Assembly (NCBI GenBank): GCA_965261635.1
Contig: OZ253463.1
Coordinates: forward strand, 353,164-417,163
DNA from: Chloroflexota bacterium
Lineage (GTDB): Bacteria > Chloroflexota > UBA11872 > VXOZ01
Reading direction: 5' to 3'
Length of the DNA: 64,000 nucleotides
Part shown: in pieces, positions 59,165 to 64,000 of the stretch
Numbering within the stretch: position 1 is the first letter of the stretch
Layout: each line of letters opens with the position of its first letter
Program-made: the position numbers and the translations under genes
Notes under the pieces: generated by a model
What the model saw: only the letters and a program-made list of their open reading frames with translations
The model's database searches: none
What the model was told of the DNA's origin: nothing

Positions 59165-59446
59165 TGTGTTCGCTCCTGGGACAGCACAACCATGTAATCC
59201 ATCTGTCTAGCTCAAATAAGGTGCGCCAATCAGCAAGAGGGCACACGTGGGAGGGGGTAACTACACAAGGAGACTAACACTTGGCAAATGACCAAGCAAT
59301 TCATGTGCGGGACTATGTCACAGATATGAAGTTCCCACATCACTAGGGTTTTCGTTGACCTCGGCACCAAATGCGCAGAGTTCGGCTCCGACAATGTCCG
59401 CCTAGACCAGGACAAGAAGGGGGGAGGAACTCCCGAGTTTCCCGTA

Positions 59447-59635
59447 TTGAGCAAGGATGGCAGAATTGTCTCGTCATTAACACAATCACAGGTCTTGGGG
59501 AATCTTCCAGAGGCTGCAATTGACTACGTCTTTGTTGAACCAAGCAACCGGGAAAGGGCTACCAAGTGGCTCAATGAGAATAGGGAGGATATTATAGAAA
59601 GAGCAAAGGAGGAGGACCGTGGGTCAATTGAATAG
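59447..59635 (+). CDS. Small hypothetical ORF (candidate partner of the Panacea-domain gene)
   Basis: A 62-aa hydrophilic ORF with only a TTG start and an RBS 18 nt upstream. It overlaps the downstream gene start by 17 nt in a lower-GC islet. The existence of this ORF is uncertain. Confidence 0.2.
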   Translation: MSKDGRIVSSLTQSQVLGNLPEAAIDYVFVEPSNRERATKWLNENREDIIERAKEEDRGSIE

Positions 59636-60170
59636 ACTTGGAAGAAACGCAATAGTGCTGTCGCTTGCGGATGAACTAAAATCCGCTGGAAGCTGGTGTG
59701 GCGAGACTCACTTGCAGAAAGCCGTCTATCTTCTTCAAGAGCTCACTCGTGTGCCGCTTGGATTTGACTTCATCCTCTACAAACATGGGCCATTCTCATT
59801 TGACTTGCGAGACGCTCTAACTGCAATGCGGGCAGACTATCAGCTCAGGCTACTTATACACCCTGTCCCCTACGGGCCCAGTCTTGTTACCACTGAGACG
59901 GGGCAAAAACTCCAAGAGCGCTTGTCTTCTGTTGTAGAATTGCATCGCAAACAGATCGCTTTTGTTGCAAAGCAACTTGGTTCCAAATCGGTGAAAGATT
60001 TGGAGCAACTCGGAACTGCTTTATACGTGAATAAGGAAGACGATTCAAGATCCATAGAGCAAGTAGCACAAAGAGTTAATGAGCTAAAACCGCACATCCC
60101 TATGGACGTTGCTAGAGAAGCCGCAGATGGGATAGATAAGATCATTGCGGCGTATAGCTCTCCCGATTAG
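59619..60170 (+). CDS. Panacea/DUF4065 (SocA-like) antitoxin-domain protein
   Basis: GTG start with a strong AAGGAGGAGG RBS. Motif THLQKAVYLLQ...G..F.ILYKHGPFSFDL matches the conserved Panacea core (KLQKLLYfaq...f.AW.hGPV.pevY). Confidence 0.5.
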   Translation: MGQLNRLGRNAIVLSLADELKSAGSWCGETHLQKAVYLLQELTRVPLGFDFILYKHGPFSFDLRDALTAMRADYQLRLLIHPVPYGPSLVTTETGQKLQERLSSVVELHRKQIAFVAKQLGSKSVKDLEQLGTALYVNKEDDSRSIEQVAQRVNELKPHIPMDVAREAADGIDKIIAAYSSPD

Positions 60171-60217
60171 CTACTAGAAGCTCTTTCCTCTCTCACCATT
60201 CACTGCAGATTACTGCA

Positions 60218-61366
60218 TTGCGGAGTCTTCCAACCATGACAGACTGGCGCGACGAGTTTCCGGGGCTGCGGGGGCGAGTCTATCTCAACACCGCGGCGGG
60301 GTCGTGCATGGGGCGCACGGTGGCCGCTGCTTTACAGCAGTACGCCGATGAGAAATTGCAGGGCGCGATCACGCCCACGGAAATGCAGGTGGTCGAGGCC
60401 GACTGCCGTCAGCGCGTGGCGGATTTCCTGGCGTGCAGCACCGCGGAAATTGCGTTGCTGTCGAGCACCACCGAGTGCGTGAACGCCATCCTGTTCGGTC
60501 TGCCCTGGGAAGCCGGTGACAACCTGATCGTAACGGACCTGGAGTTTCCCAGCTCGATCATTGCATGCTTGCACCTTGGCCGGCGCTTCGGCGTCGACGT
60601 ACGCTTGGTGCGGCATACCGGCGGTGCGGTTACTCCGGCGGCCATTGCCGAGCACGTAGACGATCACACGCGGCTGGTGGTCATTAGTCACGTTAGCTAT
60701 CGCTCGGGCTACCGGGCAGACCTCGAGGCCGTGGCAGACTGCGCTCACGATCACGGCGCGCTGCTGCTCGTAGATGCCTCACAGTCGGTGGGGGCAGTGC
60801 CGGTGGAGGTTGGCGCCGTTGACTTCATCGCCGCCTGCACCCGCAAGTGGCTGCTCGCGACCCACGGACTGGCCTTCCTCTACTGCCGACAAGAGAGTCT
60901 CGACGCCGTGCAGCCCTATTACGCCGGGTGGCGCGGCACTGTGGATCCTCCTTCTGTGGTGAACACCCTCGACTATACCTTCCATGATGATGCCCGCCGT
61001 TTCGAGACCGGGTTGCTCGATTACACCGCGGTCTACACACTGCACGCGGCGCTGGGTTTCTTGAATCAAGTTGGGATGCCATACATCGCGGAGCGTGTGC
61101 TTGAGCTTTCGGGCCAGGTGCACGACGGTCTGGAGCGGCTGGGAATTACGCCGCTGACTCCGCGCGACCCCACGCAGCGCGCAGGCATCGTCTCGTTCGA
61201 AACGCCGCACTACCAGCAAATCGGGGAGGCCCTGCACACTGCCGGCGTGCACGTCTGGTACAAAGATGGGCGGGTGCGCATTTCACCGCACTTCTACAAC
61301 ACGAGCGCGGATGTAGAGTCCTGTCAAGCGGCGTTGGCAGCAGCGGTTGCCGCTGATAGCGGTTAA
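60218..61366 (+). CDS. Aminotransferase class V-fold PLP-dependent enzyme (cysteine desulfurase/epimerase-like)
   Basis: LNTAA N-terminus, PLP-lysine region (SYRSGY context) and the class V fold pattern. An alternative start at MTDWRD exists. Confidence 0.8.
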   Translation: MRSLPTMTDWRDEFPGLRGRVYLNTAAGSCMGRTVAAALQQYADEKLQGAITPTEMQVVEADCRQRVADFLACSTAEIALLSSTTECVNAILFGLPWEAGDNLIVTDLEFPSSIIACLHLGRRFGVDVRLVRHTGGAVTPAAIAEHVDDHTRLVVISHVSYRSGYRADLEAVADCAHDHGALLLVDASQSVGAVPVEVGAVDFIAACTRKWLLATHGLAFLYCRQESLDAVQPYYAGWRGTVDPPSVVNTLDYTFHDDARRFETGLLDYTAVYTLHAALGFLNQVGMPYIAERVLELSGQVHDGLERLGITPLTPRDPTQRAGIVSFETPHYQQIGEALHTAGVHVWYKDGRVRISPHFYNTSADVESCQAALAAAVAADSG

Positions 61367-61387
61367 AGGGGCGCTCACCTACCCCAA

Positions 61388-61440
61388 CGTTGTCGCAGGA
61401 AAGAAAAGAGCAATCACGAGGATTGCCCTTACAGCAGGCA
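61388..61440 (+). terminator. Conserved terminator-like module (gaaaagaGCAATCACgAGGATTGCCC...)
   Basis: The hairpin gggcaatc/gattgccc lies 25-40 nt after a plus-strand stop codon. A near-identical module sits after the ABC exporter at 18781-18830. Confidence 0.35.
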
Positions 61441-61640
61441 GGGTCTTTCGTTTATCACAGTCTGCTGGGAAGTCCGTTCATGGTTCGACAGGGGCTTGGC
61501 GTCTTTGACGAAGTCAGCGTGGCCACCTCAGCATGAACGGATTTCACTTCGTCAAGCTCAGGACAGGCCAAACTCAGAGCGAACGTTGAAACTGGCGCCA
61601 GCCGCATAGTCGAAATGTCCTGGTCTCCGGGTGGACTCTA

Positions 61641-62063
61641 TTAGCGCCGCCGCATGCCGCGCAGCATCAAAAACACACCGCCCAGCATGGTAATGAAGGC
61701 AAGACCGATTTTCGTGCGGTCTATGACCGGTGCAACGCTCACGCCGTGAGGCCCGATGCTGATGACGGCAACCGGGCGGCCGCTCGCCCTGCCCCCGCCG
61801 CCTCCGCCTCCGCCCCCGCCGCCACCACTCGCTTCGGTTTCTTCATCCACCGCGGCGCTTGAAGAGCCGCTGCCCATACCAAAGCCGAAGCCGAGCCCCA
61901 CCGTCACTTCAGAAGCAGTGATTACCGCGTACTCACCGTGCGTTACCGGCTCACCGAACACTGAGCGTGCCTGCGCGGCGGCGATCAAGTCTTGGAGAAC
62001 GCGCTGACTCTGCTCCTGCGAGCTCATCGCGCCGCGTAGTACACTGTCCTTTTCTTTACTCAT
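61641..62063 (-). CDS. YtfJ/GerW family protein
   Basis: Start placed at the internal Met MSKEKD. Has the VGLGFGFGMGSG motif, a poly-Gly tract, and C-terminal AVISIGP..V. Its ATG overlaps the upstream gene stop as ATGA. Confidence 0.6.
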   Translation of the reverse strand: MSKEKDSVLRGAMSSQEQSQRVLQDLIAAAQARSVFGEPVTHGEYAVITASEVTVGLGFGFGMGSGSSSAAVDEETEASGGGGGGGGGGGGRASGRPVAVISIGPHGVSVAPVIDRTKIGLAFITMLGGVFLMLRGMRRR

Positions 62064-62350
62064 GGGCGTGCTCCCCTCTCTCGGATTAACCGAATGATAG
62101 CGATACTGACACATAGCACACCGATCCCGAATAGGACCCGACATATCGTCGCGCTCACATCCGTAATCGATATGCGGCGAGTCTCCGCGCCACGCTTGAT
62201 GAGGACGCCGACCGGCCGGTTCCACAGGACACCACCGAAGGGCAAACGCACACCGATGGCCTGGGATTGCGGCACGACCGTCACGCCGCTTACCGTGACC
62301 GGTTCACCTGTGCCGGTTTCGCGCCGTATGACCCCCTTGCGCCAGACCAT
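62060..62350 (-). CDS. Hypothetical membrane-anchored protein upstream of the ytfJ-like gene
   Basis: A ~97-aa ORF with a C-terminal TM, translationally coupled (ATGA overlap) to the downstream YtfJ-like gene. Confidence 0.35.
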   Translation of the reverse strand: MVWRKGVIRRETGTGEPVTVSGVTVVPQSQAIGVRLPFGGVLWNRPVGVLIKRGAETRRISITDVSATICRVLFGIGVLCVSIAIIRLIRERGARP

Positions 62351-63176
62351 AGCCACTCTCTCACTCCGTACCAAGCATGCCCTCTGTTCTGAGAGTATCA
62401 CAGGTTTGGCCGTATAGGACGCTGGAATAGGACAGGGAAATCGCGTCCTATTTTTGGTTGGTTTCACAGCACCTTTGTCACAAGAAACCGTGATATCATC
62501 CGACTTTCAATAGATTTAGGTGCTCTGGTTGGCGCAGTCGCACCGTAGACAGGCTAAAGACGAGCGCGCTTAGAGGTACAGTCAGCCGGTGTCAATAAAT
62601 AAACCTCATTTAGACGCGATTGCCCTGGGGATAGGGTCTAGGCGTGAAGCAGCGACACTATTAGGCAGATAGGCGACCAAAAAACAGGTACACCGCCCCC
62701 TATCCTTTGCCTCTTGACCATACACAAAAGCATGCACCAGGAATATGACACGCTGGGGAGCATGCCCGCGCGTTGAGGCGCGCTCAGCGCAATGCCGCAA
62801 TGCCCATAACACCTCCAGCCACAATGCAGCGATCAAAGTCTGGCAATCTCTCGCTAGTCTTGGTAGGTTAATGTTGTGCGAAGGCCCGTTTCGCGTCAGG
62901 ATCTGGTAGGTGAATACACGCCAAATGGAGTAGTCGCCACTGCGCCGGTCACGCGGTTAATCCCACCCTGGCTCGTTAGCCCAGCACTGGGCAGGCACCG
63001 CCAAATCACGCGAATCAGAGCCAAGCCAAACACTACCGCAGCCTTCTACCACCATTGAAGAGAGAGCCATCACCACTCCATCCGATCTCAAGCGATCGCC
63101 CAAACGTCCGGGTATAGGGCGGCACGACACTGTTTCAGATGCCGCACGCAAGACCCTGCGCTTTCACTTCAGCCGC

Positions 63177-64000
63177 ATGCTGAGACACGAAGCCGGCTCC
63201 ATCGACGGCAGTGACATTGAAGAGTTGCACGATATGCGTGTTGCCGTGCGCCGGATGCGGGCGGCGGTACAGTTGTTTCGACCCTACCTCCCTAGGAAGC
63301 ACGCCGCCTACCTGCGCCGGGACCTGCGCCGTTTGGGGCGCGCCCTCGGTCCGGCACGCGACTGCGACGTCATGCTTGCGAATCTAGAAGCGTACCGGGC
63401 GGCTTTGCCGGCGCCCACACAGGATGCGTTCGCGCCGCTGGTGCGGCGGTGGCAGAGACAGCGAGAACGATTCCACAATGCAATGGTGAGGTATCTGGCA
63501 GGCAAACGCTATCGCCTGCTGAAGCAACGGATTGGCCCACTCCTAGAGTTGGTGGGTCAGCCGGTAGCGGCTTCAGGAACGCTGAACGGCCAAGCGGCGG
63601 CTCCGCAAGAACCGCTCATTGCCACCGTGACACCGCGCCTCATCGCAAAGCGCTATCAGAAGCTCCTCGCCTACGGGCCTTCTCTGCACGGAGCGTCGAT
63701 TGAGACGCTGCACACCCTGCGTATCGACTGTAAGCGCCTGCGGTACGCCTTGGAATTCCTGAACGAAACTCTTTCCCCGCAGGCAGAAGCCGCCATCGAA
63801 GACTTCAAGCATGCTCAAGACCACCTGGGCGAAACAAACGACGCGTACGTAGCCGGTAAAGACCTGCGTAAGCTCATGAAAAAGTGGCAGCACGCAACGG
63901 ACGACGCGCGTTACCCGGCCGCAGCCAGGGAAGCGCTTGCCGGATACCTCGCGTATTGCGATGACCGCGTGCGGACGAACGCCCATACGTTCCCGGCCGC
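63177..64000 (+). CDS. CHAD domain-containing protein (partial; runs off the window end)
   Basis: CHAD signatures HDMRVAVRRMRA and LHTLRIDCKRLRYALEF. The open frame extends upstream to 62961 with protein-like sequence but no ATG/GTG/TTG, so the true start is unresolved. Confidence 0.65.
   Translation, partial: MLRHEAGSIDGSDIEELHDMRVAVRRMRAAVQLFRPYLPRKHAAYLRRDLRRLGRALGPARDCDVMLANLEAYRAALPAPTQDAFAPLVRRWQRQRERFHNAMVRYLAGKRYRLLKQRIGPLLELVGQPVAASGTLNGQAAAPQEPLIATVTPRLIAKRYQKLLAYGPSLHGASIETLHTLRIDCKRLRYALEFLNETLSPQAEAAIEDFKHAQDHLGETNDAYVAGKDLRKLMKKWQHATDDARYPAAAREALAGYLAYCDDRVRTNAHTFPA

Overview
This is a GC-rich bacterial chromosomal segment (roughly 60-65% GC by eye) with coding on both strands. 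The backbone is housekeeping and transport genes: nitroreductase, two tandem PhyH-family oxygenase paralogs, an enolase-superfamily enzyme, an SDR, PIG-L deacetylase, rsmA/ksgA, pth, mfd, an ABC exporter, an NAD-epimerase, phosphohexomutase, tmk, a 3-gene ABC-2 efflux set, guaA, creatininase, an amino-acid-type SBP, a 2-hydroxyacid dehydrogenase, a cbiMNQO ECF cobalt transporter operon, GNAT, hisF/hisA/hisH, DMT and MFS transporters, a class V aminotransferase, a YtfJ/GerW-like protein and a CHAD protein. I find four tRNAs (Gln, Asp, Tyr, Thr), one IS5-family and one IS30-family insertion sequence, and no CRISPR array. The window is saturated with at least four families of short dispersed palindromic repeats (REP/MITE-like), several forming tandem arrays and some lying inside annotated ORFs. 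Several distinctly lower-GC islets interrupt the backbone, and this is where the accessory or defence-like content sits: (a) a CcrM/HinfI-type GANTC-like Type II R-M pair; (b) a frameshifted NYN-nuclease gene; (c) a beta-class DNA methyltransferase fused to a C-terminal HNH nuclease, divergent from a 607-aa protein ending in an Rx4H HEPN-like motif; (d) a Panacea/DUF4065-like antitoxin-domain gene with a tiny upstream ORF; (e) a tRNA-Gln-adjacent islet with a multi-zinc-ribbon protein and an orphan HicB-like antitoxin; and (f) a tRNA-Asp-adjacent islet with a basic zinc-ribbon protein. Islets (a)-(c) are all inserted into what should be a contiguous hisH-hisA-hisF block, which makes it an integration hotspot. 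The methyltransferase-HNH plus HEPN pair is the best candidate for an undescribed defence module. All calls come from reading the sequence and the ORF translations; no searches were run.
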